Source: Candidatus Zixiibacteriota bacterium
GTDB taxonomy: Bacteria > Zixibacteria > MSB-5A5 > GN15 > JACZUZ01
Assembly: GCA_024280775.1 (NCBI GenBank)
Contig: JAJRPM010000015.1
Span: 334,835-398,834 of the forward strand
DNA: 64,000 nucleotides
Direction of reading: 5' to 3'
In this document: one piece after another, positions 9,910 through 19,390 of the stretch
How the letters are laid out: every line of letters begins with the position of its first letter
How positions within the stretch are numbered: position 1 is the first letter of the stretch
Made by a program: the position numbers and the translations under genes
Notes under the pieces: generated by a model
Databases searched by the model: none
Seen by the model: only the letters and a program-made list of their open reading frames with translations
What the model was told of the DNA's origin: nothing

Positions 9910-11141
9910 TGTGGCTCAAATCCGATTATATTATTCCGCCGGACACCGGCGGAAAAATCCGCACCTATAATCTAATGCGCAGGCTCAACAAACTCTGCTC
10001 GATGAAGTATGTGGCATTGCGTAACACACCGGATGCGCCCCGGGACACTGAAATCTCAAAATGCGCATCTGAGGTAGTGACATACTATCAGGCTGAAGAA
10101 GTAAAATCTGGCGCGGCGTTTTACCTTCGGGTTCTCAGCGGCATGATTTCATCTCTGCCGTATATAGTCCGTAAGTACATCAACTCCGATATCAAAGCTC
10201 TCCAGTCCGAGTTTGTGAACAAATCTGATGAGCCATGTGTGATACTCTGCGATTTTCTTGAGATGGCGGAGAATGTGGATTGGAAAACTCATGCTCCAAA
10301 GGTTCTTTTTCAGCATAATGTAGAGTCCATGATTTGGCGGCGCTATTTCGAGAACGAATCAAATCCCTTGAAAAAGGCCTACTTCAATTACGAATCCAAA
10401 CGTATGGCCGAGTATGAAAAGAACGCCTGCAATAAATTTGACTTGGTCCTGGTTGTATCTGAAGCTGATAAACAACTGCTGCGTGACGAATTCAAAGTCA
10501 CGTCCCCGATTGAAGTCATAGACACCGGTGTTGACACTGAATATTTTGCGCCCCAGCCGGAGGTCGAAGTCAAATCAGGGAAGCTGGTGTTCACCGGCTC
10601 GATGGACTGGATGCCTAATATCGACGGCATTCGCTGGTTTGTCGCTGAGGTATATCCGCAGATTAAACAAGCCAACCCGCAGGTGACATTGGATATTGTC
10701 GGCCGACGCCCTACCGCTGAAATCATGGACTTGGGGAAAGCAGACAAATCTATCACAGTTACCGGCGGTGTGCCGGATGTTCGTCCATATTTGGCTCAAG
10801 GTGATATATTTGTTGTTCCACTTAGAATCGGTGGCGGCACCAGGATCAAGATTTTCGAGGCGCTGGCTATGGCCAAGGCCACGGTTTCCACAACAATTGG
10901 CGCTGAGGGCTTGCCGTTGCAACCCCAAGAGGATATTCTCCTGGGGGATTCACCGGAAGAGTTTGCCTCGCAGGTAAACCAATTATTGCAGAATTCCGAT
11001 ACAAAAGATAGAATCGCCAGGAACGGTTATACTCTTGTAATAGAGAATTATCGCTGGGAAAAAATAGCGCAAAACTTTCACAAACTGCTCCTGGAATTGA
11101 CGGAAAAGTCAACGCCCCAGAACGCCGGAGTGTCACGATGA
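9900..11141 (+). CDS. glycosyltransferase family 4
   Basis: 413 aa. Overlaps the asnB-like stop (alternative ATG at 9909 in a TAATG overlap). N-terminus IIPPDTGGKIRTYNL, C-terminus FEALAMAKATVSTTIGAEG. Confidence 0.8.
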   Translation: MRLMWLKSDYIIPPDTGGKIRTYNLMRRLNKLCSMKYVALRNTPDAPRDTEISKCASEVVTYYQAEEVKSGAAFYLRVLSGMISSLPYIVRKYINSDIKALQSEFVNKSDEPCVILCDFLEMAENVDWKTHAPKVLFQHNVESMIWRRYFENESNPLKKAYFNYESKRMAEYEKNACNKFDLVLVVSEADKQLLRDEFKVTSPIEVIDTGVDTEYFAPQPEVEVKSGKLVFTGSMDWMPNIDGIRWFVAEVYPQIKQANPQVTLDIVGRRPTAEIMDLGKADKSITVTGGVPDVRPYLAQGDIFVVPLRIGGGTRIKIFEALAMAKATVSTTIGAEGLPLQPQEDILLGDSPEEFASQVNQLLQNSDTKDRIARNGYTLVIENYRWEKIAQNFHKLLLELTEKSTPQNAGVSR

Positions 11142-12520
11142 ATATTGCTTCAGAGAGTTCAGCAACAGAGAAAATGGCAACAGAAAAAAAAGATATTGAG
11201 AATATGAAGGTATCATTATTCGGACTGGGCTATGTCGGCGCAGTTACCGCCGCTTGCCTGGCGGACAAAGGTTTTCAGGTGGTCGGAGTGGATGTCAACC
11301 AGAGCAAAGTTGATTTGCTCAATGATGGCAAATCTCCGATTATCGAGGAAAGAATCAGCGATGTAGTTGCCAATGCGGTCAAGACGGGCAAACTTCGCTC
11401 CACCTCGGATATTAGCGCATCTATCGCCGAGACTGATGTTTCATTGATTTGTGTGGGTACACCTTCACGCTCCAATGGCGATCTTGAGCTGGACTATGTA
11501 AAACGTGTCAGTGAGCAAATCGGCACCGAAATAGCAAAAAAAGATAGCTACCATACGATAATACTCCGCAGCACGGTATTGCCGGGCACAACTGAGGATA
11601 TTGTTCTGCCGATTCTTGAGAAGTCCTCAGGCAAAAAAGTCGGCGAAGGATTTGGATTGTGTTTCAATCCAGAATTCCTGCGCGAAGGTAGCTCGGTTAA
11701 GGATTTCTATGAGCCGCCATTTACTCTTGTCGGGGTCAGAAAAGAATCTGACGCCGAGGCGGTGCGCGCTCTTTATGGCTGGCTCGACACTGAGTTTATT
11801 GTGGTGGACATCAAAACCGCTGAGATGATTAAGTATATCAATAACAGCTACCACGGGCTGAAAGTGGCATTCGCCAATGAAGTCGGACGGCTTAGCGCGG
11901 CTTTGGGAGTGGATTCGCATACGGTCATGGAGATTTTCTGCAAGGACACCAAGCAAAACCTCTCCAGCTACTATATGAAACCCGGATATTCTTTTGGCGG
12001 CTCATGTTTGCCCAAAGACCTGCGAGCGATTCTATACAAGGCCAAGACTCTGGATGTGCCAATGGAAGTTTTTGCCTCTATCCTGCCGTCAAACCAAACC
12101 CAAACTCAACTGGGTATCAAAATGATTGAGGATGCGGGCTCCAAAAACGTCGGCCTGCTAGGCCTGTCATTCAAAGCCGGCACTGACGACCTTCGCGAAT
12201 CTCCGCTGGTGGCTCTGGTCGAGTCCCTGTTGGGTAAGGGTTATAATATCAAGATTTATGACAGCAATGTAGCTATGGCTAGATTGGTGGGCGCGAACAA
12301 AGCCTATATTGAAAAGGGTATTCCGCATATTGCCGAGTTGTTGACAGAGTCGATGGAGGAAGTGGTAAAAGCCAGCGATACTATCGTCATTGGCAATCCC
12401 GCCGATGAGTTCCGTGACGCTTTGGCTTCGATGCCCGCTGGCAAGACGGTGATTGATTTGGTGCGAATTGTAGCTGATTTGGAAACGACTCCTGAGGGCT
12501 ATAAGGGCATCGGTTGGTAG
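11138..12520 (+). CDS. nucleotide-sugar 6-dehydrogenase (UDP-glucose/GDP-mannose dehydrogenase family)
   Basis: ATGA overlap with the upstream stop. Rossmann motif GLGYVGAVTAACLA and catalytic-Cys motif FGGSCLPKD. An alternative start at 11204 (MKVSLFGLGYVG) is possible. Confidence 0.9.
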   Translation: MNIASESSATEKMATEKKDIENMKVSLFGLGYVGAVTAACLADKGFQVVGVDVNQSKVDLLNDGKSPIIEERISDVVANAVKTGKLRSTSDISASIAETDVSLICVGTPSRSNGDLELDYVKRVSEQIGTEIAKKDSYHTIILRSTVLPGTTEDIVLPILEKSSGKKVGEGFGLCFNPEFLREGSSVKDFYEPPFTLVGVRKESDAEAVRALYGWLDTEFIVVDIKTAEMIKYINNSYHGLKVAFANEVGRLSAALGVDSHTVMEIFCKDTKQNLSSYYMKPGYSFGGSCLPKDLRAILYKAKTLDVPMEVFASILPSNQTQTQLGIKMIEDAGSKNVGLLGLSFKAGTDDLRESPLVALVESLLGKGYNIKIYDSNVAMARLVGANKAYIEKGIPHIAELLTESMEEVVKASDTIVIGNPADEFRDALASMPAGKTVIDLVRIVADLETTPEGYKGIGW

Positions 12521-12673
12521 GCTTGCTCAAACTGGTCGGCGCCTTCTGCTAGAATACAGCGGCAACAGAATCGCGCAGCTCACGTATCAATACTAGAGTC
12601 ACCGCGCCTGCGAGACAATCATAGGTAGTTATTAGTATGGCGCAATCTCCTCTAAGTATGTACTTTAGGCGCC

Positions 12674-14008
12674 ATGACAAACGAGACTTCTGAAAACCCT
12701 CAAAAACCGCAAGCTTCATCGGGAGCTATTTCCGCGCCCAGAACCGACTGGCCGGATGTGGCGGTGGTTATGCCAGTGCGCAACGAATCACGTTTTATTG
12801 AGGACACACTCAATCAGATTCTTGAGCAAGACTACCCTACCGACAAAATCCAGGTAGTGGTCGCTGATGGTCATTCGACCGACGGCACAGTCGATATTGT
12901 CAATACTTTCCAAGATCGCCTCCCTCAACTTAAAGTTGTTATCAATAATGTCGGTGGGCCCGGACCCGGCCGGAATCAGGGCATTCAAAATACTACCGCG
13001 CCGTACATTATCGTCATCGACGGACATGTGCATATTCCATCGAAAACACTCCTGCGTGATATGGTAGAGACCTTTGAGCGCACTCGCGCCTATTGCCTCT
13101 GCCGTCCTCAGCCGTTGAATCCACCGGGAATCAATTTGTTCCAGGAAGCGGTAGCTCTGGCCCGTGGCTCAATTTTGGGACATAACCCCGACAGTGATAT
13201 TTATTCTAATGTTGAAAAAGAAACCGACCCAACTAGTTCAGGCGCGATGTGGCGCCGTGAGGTTTTTGAGCGTCTGGGATATTTTGATGAGAACTTTGAC
13301 GCTTGCGAGGATGTTGACTTGAATTATCGGGTGAAGCTCTCAGGAATGAAAGCCTGGCTCTCACCAAAACTAAGAGTTTACTATTATCCGCGCGATAGTG
13401 TCGGTTCTTTGTGGCGACAGATGTTTCGCTATGGCGTTGGGCGATTCAGGTTTTCGCGCAAGCACAAGCGCCTGTCTTTAATGCAACTCCTGGCTCCAAT
13501 AGGTGTGGTCGGATTCGTGATTTTTGGGTTAGCCAGTATTTTGGGAGCCGATGGCTCGCAGGAATTCACCGCCAGCATGGTAACGCTTTATTTGCTCCTA
13601 ATATTTGGCGCTAGCGCTTTGATTAGTCTGCAGAAAAAACAATTTGCATATATGTTTTCGTTGCCAGTGATTTTTCCAGTCATCCATTTTGGACTGGGTA
13701 CCGGATTCTTAGTTGAGCTATTCCACGATATTCGCCATCGCCAAAAAAGCGGCCAGCAGTTGAATCCTTTCAAGGAAACTGTGGCCACAGAGGAGGCTCC
13801 GGCTAAAGAGCCAACAGCGCCAACGATGTCAACAACACCGACATCACAAACCGTAGACAAAGCACAGGAGACGGACACCGGATCTTCAACACCCGCGGCA
13901 AAGCCGCAGGCGCAACAGCCTCCACCGCCTCCACCAAAGCCACCTGATATGCCCAAGCCACCGAGCTACCCGACGCCACAACCTCCGCCGACAGACGGCG
14001 CCAAGTAG
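12674..14008 (+). CDS. glycosyltransferase family 2 with C-terminal membrane segments and a Pro-rich tail
   Basis: 444 aa. VAVVMPVRNE, VADGHSTDGT, C-terminal hydrophobic helices, tail QQPPPPPPKPPDMPKPPSYPTPQPPP. Confidence 0.8.
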   Translation: MTNETSENPQKPQASSGAISAPRTDWPDVAVVMPVRNESRFIEDTLNQILEQDYPTDKIQVVVADGHSTDGTVDIVNTFQDRLPQLKVVINNVGGPGPGRNQGIQNTTAPYIIVIDGHVHIPSKTLLRDMVETFERTRAYCLCRPQPLNPPGINLFQEAVALARGSILGHNPDSDIYSNVEKETDPTSSGAMWRREVFERLGYFDENFDACEDVDLNYRVKLSGMKAWLSPKLRVYYYPRDSVGSLWRQMFRYGVGRFRFSRKHKRLSLMQLLAPIGVVGFVIFGLASILGADGSQEFTASMVTLYLLLIFGASALISLQKKQFAYMFSLPVIFPVIHFGLGTGFLVELFHDIRHRQKSGQQLNPFKETVATEEAPAKEPTAPTMSTTPTSQTVDKAQETDTGSSTPAAKPQAQQPPPPPPKPPDMPKPPSYPTPQPPPTDGAK

Positions 14009-14061
14009 CGAAGCAATCGAGTAGCGCGAAAATCGTCACTAGTAATTACTGTGGTAGATTT

Positions 14062-15224
14062 ATGTCTGACCCAATCCCTGATACAAACTCCGAACCAATT
14101 AGCGTTACCTATGTAATCTCCAGTATCACCACTGGTCATGCCGGAACTGAGGGGCATTTGTTGCGCCTGATGCACAACCTCGATCGGAAGCGTTTCACAC
14201 CTAATCTGATAGTCCTGCAAAAAACCGAATGGAGCGAAGCTCTGGGGGATGAGGTCGAGCCAGGCATACCTTTAACCACTCTCGGATTCGAATCGTTCAA
14301 GAGCCTCACCAGCTGGAAAACCCTGAGGAAATTGGTGCGTCATTTTCGCGCCACCAAGACCAAAATCGTAGAGCTGTATTTTACCGATGCGCACTTTGTC
14401 GGTTCGCTGGCCGCCAAAGTCGCCGGAGTTCCGGTGGTGATTTCCAGCAGGCGTAATCTCGGTTACCAATATGGCAAGAAAGAGCTACGACTCTCTCGTT
14501 TCGGGAATCGTTTTGTTAACCTTTTTCTAGCTACTCACGAACAGTTGCCAATCACATTGCTGAGCTTGAAGGAATCTCGCGACGAGATTTTGAGATAATT
14601 CACAATGGCGTGGACATTGAAAAATTTGACCGTGAACAGAAGCGTGATATTCCTGCCGAGATAGCAAAGTTTATTGAGGGGAAAAAAGTAGTAATGCTCT
14701 CGGCGAATCTTCGTCCGGTTAAGAACGTGCAAGGGTTTCTGATGGCCGCATATCAGATTCTTGCAGACCGTGACGATACGGTTTTTGTCATACTTGGCTC
14801 GGGGCCCGATGAATCTTCATTGCAATTCCTTGCCTCGGAGTTGGGCATAGCTGACCGGGTGTTTTGGGCTGGCTCGGTTGATGTCCCGGCTTTGTATTTG
14901 TCTCGCGCCGATGTCTGCTGTTTGAGTTCGGACTCTGAAGGTTTTTCCAATTCAATTGTCGAATATATGGCCGCAGGCAAACCGGTGGTTGCTACTCGTG
15001 TAGGCGGCTCCGGAGAATGCATCGACGCCGGAGAAAGCGGATTTCTTGTCGGAAGAGGCGATTTCAACTCCATGGCTAAATTCATAATCCGGTTACTAGA
15101 TGACCCGGAAATGCGTAAATCCTTCGGCGAGGCCGGCAGAAAGATTGTTCTTGAGCGCTTTACTCTAGAGCTTCAAATGAAGCGGTTTCATGATATGTAT
15201 GACACACTCCTGGGTAACAAATAA
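14062..15224 (+). pseudogene. glycosyltransferase family 4 split by a -1 frameshift at a T5 run
   Basis: ORF 14062..14598 carries the GT4 N-domain. The frame of ORF 14610..15224 is open from 14520 and reads SSYSRTVANHIAELEGISRRDFEIIHNGVDIEKFD, continuing into VEYMAAGKPVVATRVGGSGE. The frames meet at ttttt 14522-14526. Confidence 0.75.
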
Positions 15225-15294
15225 TTCTCATCCGAGTATCACATTCTCATCCCTGCGCCTTGCCAGCTAGACAGCTACGCCGCATATTCAGCGC

Positions 15295-16539
15295 ATGGCT
15301 GAACAATATTCTTATTCCAAACTGAATCAATTCGAGAGATGTCCCCAACAGTACAAGTTCCACTACATTGAACATGTGCCAATCGAAAGACATGTGACTA
15401 TCGAGCTTTTCACCGGCGATGTGTTGCATCGGGTGTTGGAGAAGCTCTACGAAGCCCGCATGCTGGGCAAAGTGTTGACTAAAGAGGAAACACTGGCGCT
15501 ATACGACACCGAGTGGGAGGGCGCTCCTATGTCTACTTTGAAAGTCAGCGGCGATATTATGAAAGCCGGGGACTTTGTGAAGCATGGACGTAGCGCTTTG
15601 GAGAATTACTACGATACTTATCAACCGTTCGATAGTGGCAAAACTATAGCCGTAGAACAAAAGGTAGATTTCACCATTGACGAAGCTCGTGGTTTGAAAA
15701 TGACCGGTCGAATTGACCGCCTTGTGAGACGTGAAGACGGTACTGTTGAAATCATTGATTACAAATACACGCGCGGTATTCCTAAGAGACAAGAACTTGA
15801 ACGTAATCCGCAACTAGGACTGTATCAAACGGCTTTGTATCAGTTAGCCGCCAAAGAAAACTGGCCAGATTTTGGTGATGTACATATTCGTATGATTTAT
15901 CTGCGTCAGGGTGAAGAATTCAGCGCCAGACTGGAGCCTGATGTTCTCGATGAGATTCGTGAGCAGACATTGCAGAGAATTTTGGCAATCCGACGCGCCA
16001 AGCGTGACGACGATTTTCAACCCTCTCCCGGCCCAATTTGCGCCTGGTGTCAGTATGTCGAAATCTGCCCGGCGAAACGTCATGAGCTAATGGTAAATGA
16101 TGAGCTTACCGCCGACGAAGAAGCCAAACGCGGGCAGGAACTTGCTGAGCGTTATTTGGTACTTGCTCAGGAGGAGAAAATCGCAAAATCCGCCAAAGAC
16201 GCTATCAAAGAGCAGATACTTAACTCAGCTCGTAATTTGAAAGTCACCCGACTGAGCGGAATACGGGGGTCAATTGGAATCACCGATAAAGAAGAAGCTG
16301 AGTTTCCATCGCGAACTAAGGACCGTGACGCTGAACTAGCTATTTCCTCAGCGGTTAAAGAAGCTGATTTTGATTTGTTTGAATTGTACGCCAACTTGAA
16401 TCTCAGAGAGCTATACAAAGCCTACGACAGAGAGCAACTACCAGAAGCGCTTCGTGAGAAACTCTCGCAATTTGTCACCAGCAAACACACTGTTGTACTG
16501 CGCACCAAATACAACAAACCCGCCGGTGATGACGATTGA
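15295..16539 (+). CDS. PD-(D/E)XK nuclease, Cas4/AddB-like, with 4-Cys cluster and charged C-terminal extension
   Basis: 414 aa. N-terminus YSYSKLNQFERCPQQYKFHYIE, GRIDRLVRREDGTVEIIDYKYT (D...DYK), QLGLYQ, CAWCQYVEICP. The last ~150 aa are Lys/Glu-rich and probably helical. Confidence 0.8.
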   Translation: MAEQYSYSKLNQFERCPQQYKFHYIEHVPIERHVTIELFTGDVLHRVLEKLYEARMLGKVLTKEETLALYDTEWEGAPMSTLKVSGDIMKAGDFVKHGRSALENYYDTYQPFDSGKTIAVEQKVDFTIDEARGLKMTGRIDRLVRREDGTVEIIDYKYTRGIPKRQELERNPQLGLYQTALYQLAAKENWPDFGDVHIRMIYLRQGEEFSARLEPDVLDEIREQTLQRILAIRRAKRDDDFQPSPGPICAWCQYVEICPAKRHELMVNDELTADEEAKRGQELAERYLVLAQEEKIAKSAKDAIKEQILNSARNLKVTRLSGIRGSIGITDKEEAEFPSRTKDRDAELAISSAVKEADFDLFELYANLNLRELYKAYDREQLPEALREKLSQFVTSKHTVVLRTKYNKPAGDDD

Positions 16540-16580
16540 TTTCTTATATCCCCGAAATTGCAATACTAGCAAACAGAAAA

Positions 16581-16618
16581 GCGGCGTAGTTAAGTAGTTA
16601 ACTACGCCGCCTTTTCTC
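16581..16618. terminator. bidirectional rho-independent terminator
   Basis: 13-bp perfect stem gcggcgtagttaa/ttaactacgccgc with loop gtag. Flanked by aaaa (5') and cttttctc (3'), between convergent genes. Confidence 0.8.
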
Positions 16619-16660
16619 AAGAATAAGAGTCTGACAATCTCATCAGACTTGTCCAGTAAC

Positions 16661-17323
16661 TTACTTCTTTTTCTTGCCAGATTTCTTTTCCGGCTTTACC
16701 GCTAACTCGCCGTTGATAACCACTTCCGGGAAAATCTTGATCTGTAGATTCCCTTCCTTCATATCGCTGTAGATAAATAGCAATGAATTTTGAGGAGCGG
16801 TGGTGGTAGTATCAACTTTTAGCCCCTTGCCCTCTCCTTCGGCGTGCAGGTAAACCTTAGCCAAAGAGCCATTGCCGGAATCTAGAATTTTGGCGTTTGG
16901 ACTGAGCGCGGCAATCAGACCGATTGTCAGACGTTGAATCGCGGTATCTGCGCGCGCTAGTTTGACCTGAAAATAATCTACCCGGCCGCCGGTGAAAATA
17001 GTCGAATCTATGTAAACTCGTCGCAGACCTGAGGTGAATTTCAACGGAATTGATAGCCCGAAAAGCTCCTCATCATTGAAACATCCGACGTCAACCATCC
17101 ATGAATTCTCACCGGTGGATTCGACACTAAGGTGAAGCGTATCACGCTGACCCAGTGGATCCGGACTCGATTGCTTCACTGGGGAAGCTGACCGAGCTTG
17201 AGTGGAATCCTGAGCTACTACTGGACTGACGTTCCCCAGTAATGAGGTGAAAAGCATGAAAGCGAATGCCGCTCCGAGCAGACCCGCGAACGATAAGCCA
17301 TTGCTTAATTTAGACTTAGGCAT
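16661..17323 (-). CDS. secreted protein with cohesin-like beta-sandwich region and Lys-rich tail
   Basis: 220 aa. Signal peptide ending VVAQD. The segment DVGCFNDEELFGLSIPLKFTSGLRRVYIDS resembles type-I cohesin-like modules. Ends KKSGKKKK. Confidence 0.5.
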   Translation of the reverse strand: MPKSKLSNGLSFAGLLGAAFAFMLFTSLLGNVSPVVAQDSTQARSASPVKQSSPDPLGQRDTLHLSVESTGENSWMVDVGCFNDEELFGLSIPLKFTSGLRRVYIDSTIFTGGRVDYFQVKLARADTAIQRLTIGLIAALSPNAKILDSGNGSLAKVYLHAEGEGKGLKVDTTTTAPQNSLLFIYSDMKEGNLQIKIFPEVVINGELAVKPEKKSGKKKK

Positions 17324-17454
17324 AGTATCTAAAGCTCCTGTTACTATTCTGATATTACTATTATTTACGGCTATTTGGTGAAATGCTGATTCTACTGGAA
17401 ACTATTTGCTTGCTCTATTTGCTCTGTTTGCTTGGTCATTCTTGACTGGCAACA

Positions 17455-17529
17455 ACTTAACTGGTAACAATTTCTTCGGAAACAACATCCCGGGAAACAA
17501 CATATCCTGATACAATTATCGGCTTGAAT
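17455..17529. repeat. five phased 15-bp degenerate direct repeats, core GGNAACAA
   Basis: actggcaacaactta / actggtaacaatttc / ttcggaaacaacatc / ccgggaaacaacata / tcctgatacaattat. Lies 130-200 bp upstream of the 17323 start, in the gap after the TPR gene. Confidence 0.7.
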
Positions 17530-17614
17530 CGATTCATTGTTACTTGTAGGCACATATCGCAGGCTTCTGCCCATCAAGACAGACTTCCTAATTACAATAT
17601 AACATATTTCTGGT

Positions 17615-19144
17615 TTAGCGCCCGGTTTGGGGCCATGAAGACTTGTATACCTGAAAGAGCTCCTCAGCGGTGGCGGTATCTGACAGCTTGTCGCGATATA
17701 GAACCGCTCCACTCAATGCGCTACGCCGTCCAATATCGGTTGCCGGAAACTTGCGAGCAATCCGAGCCAGCGTTTTTGCCGCCTCTTCCCAATCTTCATC
17801 GAGTCGATAAACCTCGGCTATAAAACTAAATGCTGTGGCTTCCATTCGTCCGCTGGCTCTCTTGCGCGCGGTTGCCTCATAGAAATCCAATGCCCGGCGC
17901 TGCCATTCGTCATAGCGACGTTTATCATTACTTTTCTTGTAGCGCTCGAGAATCTCAATATATGCCCGGAATGACACTTGAGCCCCTGGATATGTATCTA
18001 TCATCCAGCGATATTCATTCTCAGCCCGCTCCCATTTGCCTTCTCTTACAAACGACTTGGCGATCAAATTCTGCGCGACCGGATTGCGGGCGAAATAATA
18101 GGGATAGTCGTTCTTGATTCTATATATCGCCCCGCGGGCCGCATCATAGTCTTCAAGCTCCAAATACGCTTCGGCTCTCTTGAAAAGCAACAATGGGACA
18201 AAGAGAGTGTCATCACCGGAAAGAGAAACGCTGGCAATGTCATCCAATGACGCTTGCGGCTGTTTTAGCGAGAATGTGTTTATGTCCCAGGATCGTATTC
18301 GCGCCTTCAGCGCCTGTTTGCCGGTGGAATCAATCACCGATTTCAATTCCTGAAGAGCCTCATCGAAACGTCCCTCACGTTGAAAGATAACACTCAAAAG
18401 AGTATGAATCGCTACCGACAAATTTCCGCTGGGGTAATCGCGTAGCAGTTTTTTGTAATGCTCCTCAACACCCACTACAATCGAGTCCCTCTCAACGCCC
18501 TGAGCAATATCTGACTCTACCAAATACTCATTGTAAGGCAAATCCAAAACAGGGCCGACAACCTCACCCCGTGAATCAATTGGCGGATAAAACGCTGTTA
18601 CCAATTCCCGGTAAATAACTTTGGCGCTATCCCAATTACCGGCCCGCTGAAGCGCTCTTCCCAGTTGTAACTTCGCTGGCAATAGTTTTGACGGCGGAAG
18701 TGTTACTCGCGCCAGTAGCAGTCCCATGATCTCTATTGCCGCTAAATTATCTTTGCTGGCGATAGCGATTTCCTCGGCGCGCTGTACCGCTTCATAGGCT
18801 ATGAACTGTAACTCGCGCCATTCCTGATTGTCAACTCCCGCGGGAATACTATCCGCTGAACTTAGCGCCTGATTCATAACCGCCTGATATTGCTTGCGCA
18901 GATTGTTGACTTGCTCGTCGGCGATTAACTCCGGTCGAATCTGAAGACGTTCCCGCTCCTGATTCGCCTCATAGAGTTTCTTCTCGGCGTTGTAGCGTAG
19001 TTGTATCGAGCGAGTGTCTTCGCATCCGGTCAGGGCTGAAACAGCAATAGAGAATACCGCCAGCATTAGCAAAGTGGAGCTCAGGTGTCGCACTTTCCCT
19101 GCTCCCACAATGCCCTTTGATGTCCCGGCCTGATAGTTTCTCAT
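17615..19144 (-). CDS. TPR-repeat lipoprotein
   Basis: The track ORF runs to 19240. ATG at 19144 gives MRNYQAG...MLAVFSIAVSALTGCEDT (lipobox LTGC). The rest consists of repeated TPR-like helical pairs. Confidence 0.7.
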   Translation of the reverse strand: MRNYQAGTSKGIVGAGKVRHLSSTLLMLAVFSIAVSALTGCEDTRSIQLRYNAEKKLYEANQERERLQIRPELIADEQVNNLRKQYQAVMNQALSSADSIPAGVDNQEWRELQFIAYEAVQRAEEIAIASKDNLAAIEIMGLLLARVTLPPSKLLPAKLQLGRALQRAGNWDSAKVIYRELVTAFYPPIDSRGEVVGPVLDLPYNEYLVESDIAQGVERDSIVVGVEEHYKKLLRDYPSGNLSVAIHTLLSVIFQREGRFDEALQELKSVIDSTGKQALKARIRSWDINTFSLKQPQASLDDIASVSLSGDDTLFVPLLLFKRAEAYLELEDYDAARGAIYRIKNDYPYYFARNPVAQNLIAKSFVREGKWERAENEYRWMIDTYPGAQVSFRAYIEILERYKKSNDKRRYDEWQRRALDFYEATARKRASGRMEATAFSFIAEVYRLDEDWEEAAKTLARIARKFPATDIGRRSALSGAVLYRDKLSDTATAEELFQVYKSSWPQTGR

Positions 19145-19390
19145 ATCAAAAATCCACATTCGTATTACAAGGATACAACTGTCGCACTCTCTAATGATGC
19201 GCTTCGTCACGGTATCAGACCGGAGGCAATCTGTCAACATAGAATGTACAGCTCTGAATTGACCGGTTCATCAGAATCGCTGGCAATTCGATGCAGATTT
19301 GCAATGCGGCCCACATTGAGACCATGAACGTAAGCGTCGCCAGCGTCGACAAAACAGGAATTCATACTAATAACTGCAGGAGCCAAGAAC

